64,000 nucleotides of DNA, taken from the human T2T-CHM13v2.0 reference genome, Homo sapiens. Below, piece by piece: positions 15,028 through 31,904 of this stretch. The position numbers and the translations under genes are program-made. Within the stretch, counting starts at the first letter, position 1. Every line of letters starts with the position of its first letter. A model generated the notes under the pieces. That model saw only the letters and a list, made by a program, of their open reading frames with translations. It did no database searches and had not been told where the DNA came from. The stretch lies in NCBI RefSeq assembly GCF_009914755.1, contig NC_060947.1. One strand, 5' to 3'.

Positions 15028-16170
15028 TGAAGCATTAAACCTTCAGATGTATGGAAAATGTTCTCCTAGTAATCCCCTAGCAATTGGGAGAATCGATTTC
15101 CCACTGGCCTTCTCTAGGCCTTCCAAACCAAGACCAGGCCAGGAGCGATGGTTCCAGAGCTGGCATTGCTACCACAGCAGCACAATTATGGGCAGGCTCT
15201 GGGGCGGAGGCTCAGTATCTGTAAGATGTGTGGATCTATGGGAGGGTCGCTTTAACTCTCCAACAAGACAGTGGCCTCCCTCCACTCCTCTGCCACACAG
15301 CAGAGTACAGTGGTTGAGAGCCAAGTAGTGAGAATCCCTGGGGAGGTTACCTACCCTCTCTCTGCCTCAGATTTTCCCAAATGAGGATGGCAACATGGAA
15401 GCCTACCCCAAACCAGGTAAAACCCCAAGGCACAAAATGTCATCAGGCCTGGACATGTTCACTGCTGTCATGGAGATGTCATCTACAGAGCTTCTCTTTC
15501 TCCCATTTTCAAGGGGAAAGCACCTGGCTTCTGAGGGTGCTGATTGAACTCCAGCGCACATTTCTCCCATGGGACATGCACAGTTTTTTTCATTGTAATA
15601 GTTACTGCTGGGTTCCCCTCCTAAGTGGTTCCACCAATTCACAGGCCCACTAGCAGTGGGGTGAGAGTAGTATTCCCTTACCCTCTGCACACAGTTCATA
15701 TTAGCAAACCATTGTAGTCAACCTCACTGGGGGCAGACACCGGCTCCTTGCTGATTACGGTGAGATGGGGCATCTTGGCAGGTCCACTGGCTGCCTATAC
15801 TTCTGCTTTTGTGATCATGTCTTTTTATCCTTGAGTCACCACCAGTGTTCTGAAGCCCAGTCTTGGCTCTCCCTCACATCCTCTTTTCCTGACCCAACCT
15901 GTCAGGCCTCTGCCTCACCTGTGGGTCGCTTCAGATGTTCACCATCAGCTCTGGAGGCTGGGAAAAGCTTCCTTGTGGCTGGGGATATCTGTCCTGCCCC
16001 TCCCTTACAGACCTCAGGGGATTTCCACCCAGCGTGGAGGGTGTATGCTGTACCTCTTCTGCAAGATGGCAGCTGGGACTTGGGTGACCCCTGTATCCCC
16101 ACTGCTCAGGCACTTACTTGATGCCTCCCTAAGACAGCACTGGCTTCCAGCCTAGCCTGAGAAAGCCTGG

Positions 16171-18100
<1,930 letters not shown>

Positions 18101-18192
18101 AGAACCGTGAAAAGGCTGATGTTTTACCTGAATTACAAGCTAGCAGGTTGTCCTGTCCTGGTTTCATAGATATTGGTAAAAAAACACAGCTT

Positions 18193-18578
<386 letters not shown>

Positions 18579-18673
18579 TTATCATCTTAGTGGAGAACCA
18601 AGTCTGCCCCCCAAAAGGAAGATGCTATCCCTGTTCCCTGAGGCTGTTCATTATACAAACATCCTTGAAAAGA

Positions 18674-18967
18674 GGCCGGGCACAGTGGCTCACGCCTGTA
18701 ATCCCAGCACTTTGGGAGGCCGAGCTGGATGGATCACAAGGTCAGGAGTTCAAGACCAGCCTGGCCAAGATGGTGAAACCCCCATCTCTATTAAAAATAC
18801 AAAAAAAATTAGCCGGGCGTGGTGGTGGGCACCTGTAATCCCAGCTACTCGGGAGGCTGAGGCAGAGAATTGCTTGAACCCCGGAGGCAGAGGTTGCAGT
18901 GAGCCGAGATCTTGCCACTGCCCTCCAGCCTGGGCAACAGAGTGAGACTCCGTCTCACAAAAAAAAA

Positions 18968-19000
<33 letters not shown>
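18674..19000 (+). mobile_element. AluS
   Basis: Alu dimer with long poly-A. Confidence 0.93.
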
Positions 19001-20101
19001 GATAGTTCAGAACAAAGGCTGCCAGGGCTTATGTGTATAAGATGGGCAGACCTATGGCGAATCACTTCCTAACATAGACTCTTCACTTTCTAGAATTCAT
19101 TAGATGAGGGGACAACAGAAAGATTTGATAGGAATGGTGATCTCTCACAAATCCGTAACATTGCAAATAACACTCTCCCCTTATATGGGCCCAGCTACCT
19201 TTCCTTGAGTGAAGAGAAGTATACTTTCTGGAACTTACTTTCCCAGGGCTGCTATTGAAATCCTGTTCCAATCAGACCATAAGATATCAGTTAGGTGATT
19301 TAATTTCTGCAAAAGAAACAAACATAGAGTGAAATCATTCCAAATTTTGAGGGAGAAGTATCACAGTTTTGGAACATGTTATAATTTGATAATCTCCTCT
19401 AAAAGTGGTTATTTTTTTTTTGAGTCGAATGGGCTTGTCTCTTGGAACAATTAACGTGTTTTGGAAACCTGACAGGATGAATTGGATAATGACTATTTAG
19501 CATAATTTCGGGTAAAGGCAGTTCTCATGGAAGGTGGAAAGCTATCAGCCTGACAATCTAAAGCACCGATAGTTTCTCCCCAAGAAGGAATAGGGGGTAG
19601 AGGTAGTGGCTAGACACATTTCTATTTTTAAAACTGGCTTTTATTGAATGTTGGTGAATTTATCTCAGTACATTGATTTTAATTGGGATACAAAAAAAAC
19701 TCCTTTGACAAGTCTGAGGCCCTCTAAAAATGTCAAAAAGGCTTAGACTGGGTCAACATCTAAAAAACCAACGTAAATGAACTCAACCTTTTTTCTCTTT
19801 AATTCCATCAGACCATGACTACAGATACTAAATAGCTGTGTTCTGTCTCTATTCAAAGTGTTGTCCTGGAGTTGTGTAGATGCAGCTTCATCATTCTGTC
19901 TGGTCAAGGAATGGTAAGGTAATATGAACTTTGGGATTTTTGTACATACAAGCAAGGGTCCTTTTTGTGTGTGGAGAATGGGGTTCTAGGTTGACCTTTT
20001 TAGAAATCTGGCATTTTTAAATGTCATATCTATGCTTCATAAAAAATTCTAGTATTAATATGCACATGAAAAAAATCTGTAAAATGATTTATAGATGTAA
20101 A

Positions 20102-20187
20102 ATAGACTTACATCTTGGGAGGCAGTAGTATAGACTTACATCTTGGGAGGCAGTAGTATAGACTTACATCTTGGGAGGCAGTAGTAT
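20102..20187. repeat. 28-bp perfect tandem repeat x3 (minisatellite)
   Basis: atagacttacatcttgggaggcagtagt three times with no mismatches. Confidence 0.96.
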
Positions 20188-20624
20188 GGTGTGGTGGTGA
20201 GTCTGCCTGGGGCCAGAAAGAGCTGCCCCTAAGTGGGCTTAAGACAGAAAGGTTACATATGCATAAGATAGAGGGGTTACATATGCATATTTTTGACCAA
20301 AATAATTATCTTGTGTATATCTTTAATCAATTTGGTAGTGTCATATAAATTGTTTTACATTTCTATGTTGTCTTATTTGTTTGTTTGGTTTGGTTTCCTC
20401 CACTCTGTGGCCACTAAGAGTGCTGAATGTCATTAGGTAAGAGCTAATTACCCTTTCTTTCTCAATAATTTCTTTGACGGCCTATATATTTATTTTAATG
20501 ACAATGTTGCTCAAAACACATTTGAAATTGCCTTTTTCAGGTACACAAATCATACAAGAGACTTGGCATTGTCAATTTATGGTTAAAATTTTTGGTCATC
20601 ATTTATGACCAAAAATAGCATTAC

Positions 20625-21140
20625 CAACCCAGAATTCCACTGCTAGGTATATACCTAATAGAAATGAATAGTAGCACTATTTGTATTAGTCCCAGTGGAA
20701 CAACCCAAATATCCATAATGTCCATTGTTAGAATGGATGCACTGTAGTGTATTCATTCAATAAAGGACTATGAAGACATGAGAATGAATAGCTTAACGCT
20801 GCCCACAGCAACACAGACAAATTTCAAAAATATGTAATTGATCAAAAGAAGCCAGAAAGTACATACTGTACACTTCCATTTACTTAAGTTTCAAAATCAG
20901 GCAAAATTAATCTATAGCGGTAAAGTTGGGATTCTGTTTATGCTTTTACCCGTGGTGGGGGCGGGATGCTGGAAGGGAACACAAGGGGAGAATTTCTGGG
21001 GGGCTGGTAATTCTGCTTCATGGTGCCTTTTGAATGGACATGTTCACTGTGAAAATTAACAAGCAGTACACTTACGATTTGTACACTGACTTTTCTATAT
21101 ATGTGTCATACTTCAGTAAGAACTTCTTTCAAAAATAAAA
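20625..21140 (+). mobile_element. Old L1M (L1ME/MC-like) 3' end
   Basis: aattccactgctaggtatatacc..gaaacaacccaaatatcca..aaaagaagccag..tatgtgtcatacttcagtaa motifs. Confidence 0.7.
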
Positions 21141-22660
21141 GTATTACTCCCCCTACCCCTTAAGATGAACCTCTTCTGTCTGACATTGTGCTGAATGACT
21201 CGGGACACCTAGAGTGAATTCAGCTCTCAGCGCCAGGTAGGTTGTGGCTGAAGCTACACAGACTCAGGTATAATCCAGCCACGGATGACTTTTGTTGTGG
21301 GTGTTCACTGGCCTGCCATCCAGGCTGCTGGAGGTGAATGGCATGGGAATCTGGAGAGGAAGTTCAACGGGCCCAGGGGCTGAAGTTTGAGGAAATATTC
21401 CTGCTGCTCAAGAGCCTGGAACTCTCACCTGCCCCACATCTATTAGTCTTTCTGGACAATGATGGAAGTTTCTACGTCTCCCTTTTCTATCCCTGTTACT
21501 TCTTTTAAAAGTCTTTTTCCTCCTAGGATTAGTCCAGGCTATCCTCACCCAGCTCTCCTGATGAATGTGAACGGCTTTCCACTTGCATCAGTTTTTTGGA
21601 GTCTTCTCTCAGAGTTCCAGCAGTGCCCCCTTGTGACTGCATGTGTGTGGCTGCCACCAGGCAAACAGCAGAGCTGTTTCCAGGATCTCCTCCTACTCCC
21701 TCTTTGCTCCATTTCTTCTCCTCCCTGGTGTTTTATGAACTCATGCTTCTTTCTGGGTACCCAGAACCTTCCAATTCAGTCACCCTTAAGATCTCGAAGA
21801 ATCCAATCTTGCAGACCTTTCATTCCCTCCCAATTCTCCCCATCAACATTTACTTATCCTATGTCCCATTCCATTGGTCTCTGACAAGGGAGACGATCCT
21901 TACAATATAACTCAGGCATAGCAAATAAACAGCTTCAAGTGTAACCTTTCCTAAGTAATAGTTGCTGTTTTATAATAGCAGCTTTCAATGTCTTCATCCA
22001 AAGGAATGAGTAAGAAAGGAATTCTAGCACCATGGTAAGGTCAGGGGTTCTCTTCTGATGTCCCTCAAATCACACAGCCATATTAAGACAGGCTGTGTCA
22101 GTTAGTGTTTACTGTTAGCAAGCCACCAAAACAGACCCAGCAGAGGGAAGTTATAGTAAGGATAGCAGGAATGTACAGGTGGAGGGAGAGACCAGCCAGC
22201 CAGCTTTGGAAATGGGCCGCTGGGCTAGAAGCAGAACTGTGGGAAAGGAGCCATTGGAGGAATGGTCTCATAAGGACACCACCCTCATCTTAATGATCTT
22301 TCACCATGTTTAGACTCCACATCATTCTGCTTAAAATTCACATTCCAGGGAGGATGTGCAATCGGGCCAGCTGGGGTCATCTGGCTGCCACCTGGCTAGG
22401 GCAGAATAGGCACCTGATTGGCTGTTTGGAAGGTGTGCTGAAGCTGGGTGGTCCAAACTCACCAAAGCCCACCATGTGAATGAACCCCATCATGCAAATC
22501 TGAGATCGAGTACATGTAATTATCCCAGGCCACATACCAGTGTAATAGATCTACTCTCATAACGACAAAAGAGTTGACAACTTCATTCTCTTCAGCAACC
22601 AGAAACCTAGGTGGGGTCTGAGTCAAGGTTTGAAATGAAGAACAACTAATATAAACATTA

Positions 22661-23122
<462 letters not shown>

Positions 23123-23707
23123 CTAAGAAGAGAACATGGCTGTCCTTTATATTGTCACTGTTGATAAATAGGCCCTCCTGGCAGCATGCCAGGTCATATC
23201 ATGAAAGGACAGCTGTGGGTGGTGTGTATAGTGTCAGTCCATGAGAATGAGTCATGAGGCCACGCGGTGCAAGAACGAAAGATAAAGGAAGCAGCACCGA
23301 CCAACGCTTCAATGTTTAATGCTTATGTCTCACTATGCCGATGAACTGCTGTTACAAAACGACTTCCCTTTAAAACAAAGACTCAAAAACCAAAATGAAG
23401 TGAGGCATTTCATGGGGCAGTCCACATGTCAGGATCACCTCCAGACTGTACTACTCCTGGTTACAAGCCACTCTGGCAGAACAAAACCCCAGATGACAGG
23501 CCTCAGTTTGGATTTCTTCATAGCAATGGAAACAGCAACTGCGCAGGCAGGCAGAGGTCTTTGAGTAGAGTTGGTGTCCCCTTGTTCCATTTCATTTTGT
23601 AAGTGTTCTATATTTTTCTGATTAAAGAGAATTTTGAAGAATCCCTAGTAACAAAATAGTAAAGATGTTGCACTGCCTCTGAATTTTCCTCTTATGATAT
23701 GCACCAA

Positions 23708-24077
23708 TGTATTAGTACATTCTCACACCACTGTGAAGAAATACCTGAGACTGGGTAATTTAATAAGCAAATAGGTTTAATTGACTCACAGTTCTGCAGG
23801 GCTGGGGAGGCCTCAGGAAACTTACAATCATGGCGGAAGGGGAAGCAAACATATCCTTCTTCACATGGTGAAAGCAAGGAGAAGTACAGAGCAAAAGGGG
23901 AAACACCCCTTATAAAGCCATCAGATCTCATGAGAACTCACTATTACAAGAACGGCATGGTGGTAACTGCTCCCATGAATCAATTACCTCCCACCAGGTC
24001 CCTCCCACAACACATAGGCATTATAGGAACTACAATTCAAGATGAGATTTGGGTGGGGACACAGCCAAACCATATCA
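23708..24077 (-). mobile_element. MaLR solo LTR (THE1/MSTA)
   Basis: Reverse strand starts tgatatggtttggctgtgtccccacccaaatctcatcttgaattgtag. 5-bp TSD accaa at 23703-23707 and 24078-24082. Confidence 0.9.
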
Positions 24078-26393
24078 ACCAAGAGGTGACTGAAGCCAGA
24101 CTTTCTGGTCCTTCATCATTCCTCCACTAAATGTTGCCATAAATCTATGGTAGAATAACATACCTTCTAGAGAAATTAGCAAAATGGACAAATGGTATAG
24201 AAAAGGAGAATAAGAGGTATGGAACTGATCTGGAGATTACTACAGGTACAAGAAGGTGTTAAATGGGATATTTCCTGACTCAGAGTTTTGTCCAAGGCCC
24301 CAAAGGTGAGAGCACAATGTTAAGTGTCTGCTGGTTCTAATGAGAGATGTTAGACCATTTACCCAGGGCTTACTAAATGATGAGCCAAAAACTCCTGTCA
24401 CCCATGCCCGTTTGCCACTCTTCAGCTTATGTACAGGAGAAGGCAACAGTGAAAGAGGGTTGTTACAGTTCTGGAAGCTTCCTTCCCACCCCCACTCCAA
24501 GGCAAGTGAGGGTGACTTTGAGAGAACCACTCAGAGAGATTGACAGGTGCCCCTGTTGTAGAATGGTGTCTGACTCTCCAAAAAAAAAAAAAAAAAAAAA
24601 AAAAAAACAATAAATAGGCGAGAAGCCAGCTAGAGCTACCTAAGACCAACTGTGAAGATGACGAGAAGGGCTGCAGAGGGAACAGCCCTGCTTCCAGGGC
24701 TGGGCGGGGAGCAGGGCCGCTGGGTTGTTCCCATGGGCTAAGTGCACATCAAGCAAGCAGCTGGGCCTAGGCTGTCTTGGAAGGACCCTGACCAACAGGC
24801 CTGCAGGTGAGGTAACCCGACAGAAAAAGTTTGTGTGGGATGTGCTACCAAAAGCAGGAGCCAGCGGTTAACCAGAGGGTGCAGCATCTGAACCATGGAA
24901 TGGGTAATAAGGGGCTACCAGCAAAGGGAGGGTCCTCCAAAAAATCTCCAAAGTGGGCCCCTCCAAAGAACAAAAGAGGTATTAGGTTGGTTTAAGCAAT
25001 CTGTGGCCCACCAGCCAGGGACTGCCTGACCCGTTGAACTAGCTCTTCTGGAAGCCTCTGGGGATGTTCACTGGAGATACCATGTTCGCTGCTTCTCTGT
25101 CATTTCACCTGCATAAGTCTGAGAAATATGTTGCAGAACTTAAACATAAAGTTTCTGTTTCTATAATGTATGACTTTTTGTTCTATTTCCTAATATTCTG
25201 TAACTCCTGAGATTTCAAGGGAACTCTTCATCGTTTTAATCCCATGCCTTATGTACTGTGACTTATAAGAACATCCCCAGTTAAGCCCAGTGTCTGGTCC
25301 TGGTGTTTTATCAGGAAATGAACACCGGCCGGCACCTCAGAACCCAGAAAGAGGCAGTTTCTATGACCTCATTCCATGGAAAACATCTGTAACTGTTCCC
25401 TCAGCAATGTGTAACATTAGCCTCTGGAGAAGGCCCATAAGATTTTGTCTCTCTTCCGTGGGAATTTGCAGGAAAGGGCTGTCTGCATGAGCTCAGAATA
25501 TCTATTAATATATTGCCACTCAGAGACTTAATAAGGATTGAAAAGAGGTTTCCGCTGCACTAAGGGAAATTTATCAAAGAGAATTCCAGAGTATTGAAGC
25601 AGCTGAAAGATGATTTTAAAACAAAGGCCTGAAAACTATGCATGATAAATTATCATAGATGTGAGTACTTTTATAGGTATTCCATTTTTAAATTGCCCAA
25701 AAGAACAAACTTTTCAGCAACCTCTTTAGAATCCACTGGCAGCCCTAGATTCATTCCAGATGAACTCAGCCAGAAATTTCTACAGCAATGAGCATGTTCT
25801 ATATCTGTGCTATCCAATATGGTACCCACTAGCCACAGGTGGCTATTGAGAACTTGACATTTAGCTAGTGCAACTGAGGAACTGAAGTTTAAATTTTATC
25901 TGAATAGCCACATGTGGCTACTGTAGTAGACAAGGCAGGACTACGCAGTAATTATAGCTTGCCTCTTAGTTGAAATAATGGTCTTATCCTTCACACCAGA
26001 GAAAACACTAGGTTGTTTTTGATTTTAGACTTTTGAGTAATTTCTGTTTTTTTCTTCAGCATAGAGTTCATGAGAAATTGATTATAATATGCCTCAAAGC
26101 TCTAATGACCACTTCTGTAGTAACTTCTAGTTTCCAAACTGACTCCTTCAGATTGAGCCTTTCATAGTTTGAGTGCCATTGTTTTGACAAATATCAGATA
26201 TTTTAAGAATTGCATGTTACAAATCTGATCACAAAGAAAGTATTTTTCCTAGGTAACTGTCTAAAACTAGAGATGGTTGGTCTAGGAGCCAATAGTCCTT
26301 CGGATTTTTAAATCAGTGTTTACAAAGTGGGGCAAGAGTACTCATAAAATGAACCAAAAAAGTAACAATGAGAAGAGAAATACCATTAAAGCA

Positions 26394-26793
26394 TGTTAAA
26401 TTAAATAAGCAGGAGGCTATTGGCTCAAGGCTGTCTCTGTACTTTGATTTTCTACACAATGAATTGCAATTTAACTTAGTACATAAATACACTGAAAGCT
26501 TAACCTAAGGAAGAGTATAATAAACAGCCAAGTCTCAGCCAAACACAAGCAGACAAGCTTCAGCCAATCACAAGCTGCCAACTTCTCAGATCATATCCAA
26601 ATGATCTGATCATTGATTGCAACCAATCAGCCTATTTCTGTATTTTACTTCCATTCTCTGTCTATAAATACTCACGGCCCACAAAGCTCTCTGAACCTAT
26701 TCTGATTCTGAGTGCTGTCCGATTCATGAATCATTCTTTGCTCACATAAACTCTGCCAAATTTAAATTACGTCAATTTTTTTTTATTTTAACA
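26394..26793 (+). mobile_element. ERV1 solo LTR, MER57-like
   Basis: tgttaaattaaataagcaggagg...ccaatc repeats, tataaata, gattcatgaatcattctttgctcacataaactctg...tttaaca. Confidence 0.6.
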
Positions 26794-26814
26794 GGCAAAA
26801 GTAAAGATTATCAA

Positions 26815-27590
<776 letters not shown>

Positions 27591-28339
27591 AAGGTATTAT
27601 ATAATCCTTAAACATTTTAGCCCTATAATAGACAGCAAGAAAAAAGTAACCCCTGACAGCTCTGAGCTGCCCCGGCAGTCACAGCTGGGCCTTGGTGCTG
27701 CGTGGAACATAAATACTTCACAGAACACCATCAGACGTGGCCACTCTTTGACCAGATGGATCAAGACAAAAACAAGACTCCTTCGTAATCACGTGGGAAT
27801 GCTGAAAAAACGTAAACATTGTCCAAACCACAAAAATGACCAAACATCCCCTATCCCAGTTAATGAGTCACTGGTCTTGTCTCCCCTCCTTTTAGGTAAG
27901 ATTTATTATGATACTTAATCATACAATCGCCCTCCTTCCTGCCAGCACCCAGTCCAGAGTATTGGATTGGATACTCTGTTTCCCTGAACCTTTCCCCAAA
28001 TTACCTTGGGGTAAGGCATCAGCAAAGGAGGCTGTCACATTCGTTCAACCATCACTGTGCTTTTACTGGCCCTTTGCAGGCAAAGAATGAGAATATGCAC
28101 AGATGAGAAGTCCAGGATGCACAAGACCACTCAATTAACATTTACTACTTTCATATCAACTGATGCATGCTAGGATGCTAAAAACACTTTTTGAATTAAT
28201 TACTGCGTTAAATAGATTCACATTTATGTCTACAGTTATGTGAACATCTAGCTGAGCACTGTCTTGACTGTCCTGAGTAGAAGCAGAAAAGATAAGTTGT
28301 AAAGTACATCAACAAACTTTGCTGCTAAAAAACGAAAGT

Positions 28340-28990
28340 GCAGTTTCTTTCTCTCGGGCCCGGGGCGGGGCCATGGCTCCTCCTCTAGGAAGCCGCGCGA
28401 GCGCAGTCCCACGGCAGCCATTTCCCTAGCGCGCATGCACTGGGTCCCAGGACCACGTGCGCCGGCCTGTGGGCTTGGATTGGCTGAGCCTTGACGTTGT
28501 CCCAGTCCCGGTGATCGGAAGTTCTCCGTGGGCACTGGGCGGCTGAAGGCTCCGGAACTGCGCCTGCGCTTTTCGGTGAGTCATGCTTCAGGTTTGCCAG
28601 GGCCTGTGTCCCGCAAAAAGGCGAGCCCTTATTCCCAGCGGAAGCCCACCCCGGCTCGCGGCAGCTTTCCGGTGCGCCCTGGGCGGCGTAGATCCGAAGG
28701 TGCTCGCACCCCCGCCCCTTCCTCTCCGACTGTCGAGGTCGCCAGAGTGGGCTGAACCCTCGGGACTGTCGCTGTTTGTGTGCTGGGTGCCGGGCCGTCA
28801 TCCCAAGATGATTAGCGGCAGGCTTTGCATGTTGCTCGACCCCACCCACCGGAACTCGAACCCGGGCTAGACCGGGCAGTTGGGCTGGTCCCTTCCTCTC
28901 GCTGCACCTTTACTAGGGGTCACCATTAAGGGAAATGGTCCTAGTGCAGTGCTGAGTGGCTGTTCAGTAACCGCTACACCGCTGCCAACA
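28340..28990 (+). promoter_or_regulatory. TCEANC: TCEANC CpG-island promoter
   Basis: The only non-repeat CpG-dense block. Contains GC box 28362-28370, NRF1-like gcgcatgcac 28431-28440 and tgcgcctgcgc 28559-28569, E-box cacgtg 28454-28459, inverted CCAAT 28479-28483, CRE-like tgacgt 28492-28497 and ETS cggaagt 28516-28522. Confidence 0.88.
28515..28575 (+). other. TCEANC: TCEANC non-coding first exon (start approximate)
   Basis: Strong donor TCG|GTGAGT at 28576, just downstream of the promoter motif cluster. Confidence 0.7.
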
Positions 28991-29364
28991 TTTGGCATCG
29001 TTTCTCTCCATAGAGGGCGGGGCTCCCTGTGAAGCTGGGGAGCTGTTAAGTGGGTTAGGGCTAGAAAGTTACAGTTTCTCTTTAGGCTTTAAAGAGATCT
29101 AAAGATCTGAACAGATCTAGGTTATTTTTGACTTGTTACAAACTTCTGGAAACATTGTTTCCAGACCTTTCCTCTCGTTCTTCTCAGGGTTTAGGCCATT
29201 TTTGTGCAGATGTGTGCACCTTGCTTACTATAATATTAGCTAATCTTTATAAGTTTTTATATGGATCCAATACCATATTTCGTGCCTACTTTTCCTGGCA
29301 CTGTATACACTTTTTGGTATAGGTATGCACCTAAGCAAGCATTATCCATATTAGCATCAGTTCT

Positions 29365-29910
29365 AGAACCGTGGCGTCCCAATAATGATAGCCATTAGTT
29401 ACATAAGGCTTGATCACTTGAAATGTGGCTAGTCCGAATTGAGATGTGCTGTAAGTGTAAGACACAGTGAATTTTCGAGAATTAGCATGAAAAAGAATGT
29501 AAAATATCTCAATTTGTTTATATTAATCACATGTTGAAATGACTATTCTGGATACACTGGGTTAAATAAAATGTATAATTAATTTCACCAATTTTTATTT
29601 TTTAACATGACTACTGGAAAATTTTAAATCATATTTGTGGTTTACATGTTATATATATGTTGCACAGCCCTGCTCTAGAAAAGGGTCAACAAACTATGGC
29701 CTGCAGCCAAATCCAGCCTGCCTGTTTTTGTAAACAAGTGTTACCAGAGCAAGATCATGCCTATCCATTTATGTTATTTTCTGTATCTGCTGTTGCTGCT
29801 ACAATAGCAGCAGAGTTGAGTAGTCCATAGAGATTGTATGGCCTACAAAGCCTAGAATATATACCTTCTGATCTTTAACAGAAAAAGTGTGCTGACCCCC
29901 TGCTGTAGAA
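29365..29910. mobile_element. Adjacent hAT-Charlie MITEs (MER33-like, then MER58-like)
   Basis: cacttgaaatgtggctagtccgaattgagatgtgctgtaagtgtaa (MER33), then agggtcaacaaactatggcc..aaaagtgtgctgacccc (MER58). Confidence 0.7.
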
Positions 29911-30626
29911 CAATGCCTGGTTTGGTAGATATTTTTAAGCCTTTTAATTGTAGATTCACATCCTATTATTCACACTTACTGTGTGACAGCCATAGTTCAA
30001 AGCACTTTATCAAGACTTTCATTTAATTCTCATTAATCCTAGGATGTTGGATTTCTCCCATTTTGTAGATGAGGAAATTGAGGCACAGAATGGTCAAGAA
30101 ACTTATCCAACTTGCTCAGCACCCCTCACTTCTGGGAACTGGACCTGCTTGACCTTCCTTATGCAAATGTTTTGACCCCTCAAACCCACTTCATTAGCCC
30201 ACAGTGGGCACCATGGTTTTTTTGTTTGTTTGTTTGTTTGTTTTGTTTTTTTTAACAAGATTTATTTGAACTAGAATTTTTGAATGATTTTTTTGAACTA
30301 GAATCGAGATGGGCTTGGTCTCCTACGAAAGAAGCCAAGGGGCACTGGGCTTAGGTGCAATGAGTACAAGCAAGCTGGTGTGTAGTGAAAAGAAATGAAG
30401 CTCCCAAGCAGAGAAGAGAGAGAGCATCCTGGATGCTCATTACTCATTTAACAACAACAAAAATGTGTTAAGTAATAGTAAGCACTGACTGGGTGTTTGC
30501 TAGGTGTGTATAGGTGAATAAAACATGTGGATCTTCTCTTATGGTCTTGTGGGGAAGGCAGTAAAAACGTTTTTTAAATGTGATTAACACCATGAAAAAA
30601 ACTTGCAAATTATTTACTGTTTTTAG

Positions 30627-30760
30627 CAGGTTTCCTCACCTGTAAGATGAAAATAAGCCATTATCTGTATTGCAGGAGTATTGTGAGGATTGAGATGACT
30701 GGAGTGTGTGTGGCCTGGAGAGTTGCTCAATAAATATATGTTGCCTTCCACTGTGAAGAG
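30627..30760 (+). other. TCEANC: Candidate MIR-derived TCEANC 5' UTR exon
   Basis: NAGNAG acceptor ttttagcag (30621-30629) and consensus donor GAG|GTAAGT at 30761. Body resembles the MIR core (gtttcctcacctgtaagatga..gtgaggatt..gctcaataaata). Confidence 0.6.
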
Positions 30761-31904
30761 GTAAGTGAGAGGGTGAATATCAGGAATTGTGTACATTATG
30801 ACACTTAAAATATTACAGTTGTCATTTGTAATTTGTAGAGAAGGTTGTCAGCTGCATTGTACACAGTAGGTGTTTTAAATCTTTTCTGACTGAATGGGAC
30901 TCATCTAGAAAAGCCAGTCATAGAGTTGTCTGCATTCGGTCCAGGAGCAGAACCAGAGCTGTCTTTGGGGCTGATGGCAGCCTAACTGGCAGGTCCTGCT
31001 GGGGTGTGGAAGAGGGTTGTATGCCTGTGTGTGGTTTAAATCAGAGTCACCCTGGAGAGCTGAGCCAATATGCAGGCCCTACCCTCAGAGATCCTAATTC
31101 ATCCTATCTGGAGTGAGGCCCTGCCATTGTTTGTTTTTGTTTTTTGTTGTTTAATTTCCCCAGAGGATTCTAATGTGCAGCCAGGCTTGAGAACCACTAA
31201 TGGTGAGAGATCAGCCAGGCTCGGGATGCTGCTTGAGCAAAGGCACAGAGCCGTGCCCATCAGTGGTTGCGAGTAGTCAAGAGGGAGGCCTGCTAGGGCT
31301 CTTTTTGCCACTGGCCAAGGAGCTTTGGCTCCATCATGAAAGCAAGGGGAAACCTCTCAAGGGCTTTCAGCAGGAAAATGAGGGAGTATCTTTCTGAGAT
31401 CTGTACTAGAGGATGATCCCTCTAACAAAGTGCCAGACTCACAGTTGGGCCTTGTGAGTGCCAGAAGTACAGTGAAGGCAGTAAAGAAGCAAATTGTAGC
31501 TGTCCAGATGATGGCGAGCCCAGATAGGGTTTGGTGCCATCCTGCGTGTGTTTCCCCTAGCAGCCAGTGTCTGTCCATGTTGAAATTCCACATGTGTTGT
31601 AACTGGCCAGTTTCTTGTCAGTATTACTCCCACTAGGCTATCAGCTCCTTCAAGGCAGAGACTGTCTCTTTAGGCTCAGCATCTAGCACATACTCAATCC
31701 CTAATATATATTTATTGAATGAACTATGTAGAACTAAGCTGGACATATGCCTTACCTTGTCTTTTTATGGCAATTGTCAGAATTTTGTATTTCAATGGCT
31801 TCCACATTATACCCTCCTAGGGCAATAAATCCTTTATATCCACATGATGGTCCCACAGAGGACTAGAAAGTTTGACTGGATTTAAATCCTGTTAAAAATG
31901 TGGA

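Noticed and set aside
20102-20187. 28-bp direct repeats of CRISPR-like length
   Set aside because: Units are contiguous with no spacers, there are no cas genes, and the context is mammalian.
24580-24607. Isolated poly-A run as a retrocopy tail
   Set aside because: No TSD or recognisable upstream element.
28248-28870. Overlapping ORFs in the CpG island
   Set aside because: GC-rich DNA is stop-poor, and the peptides have no recognisable domains.
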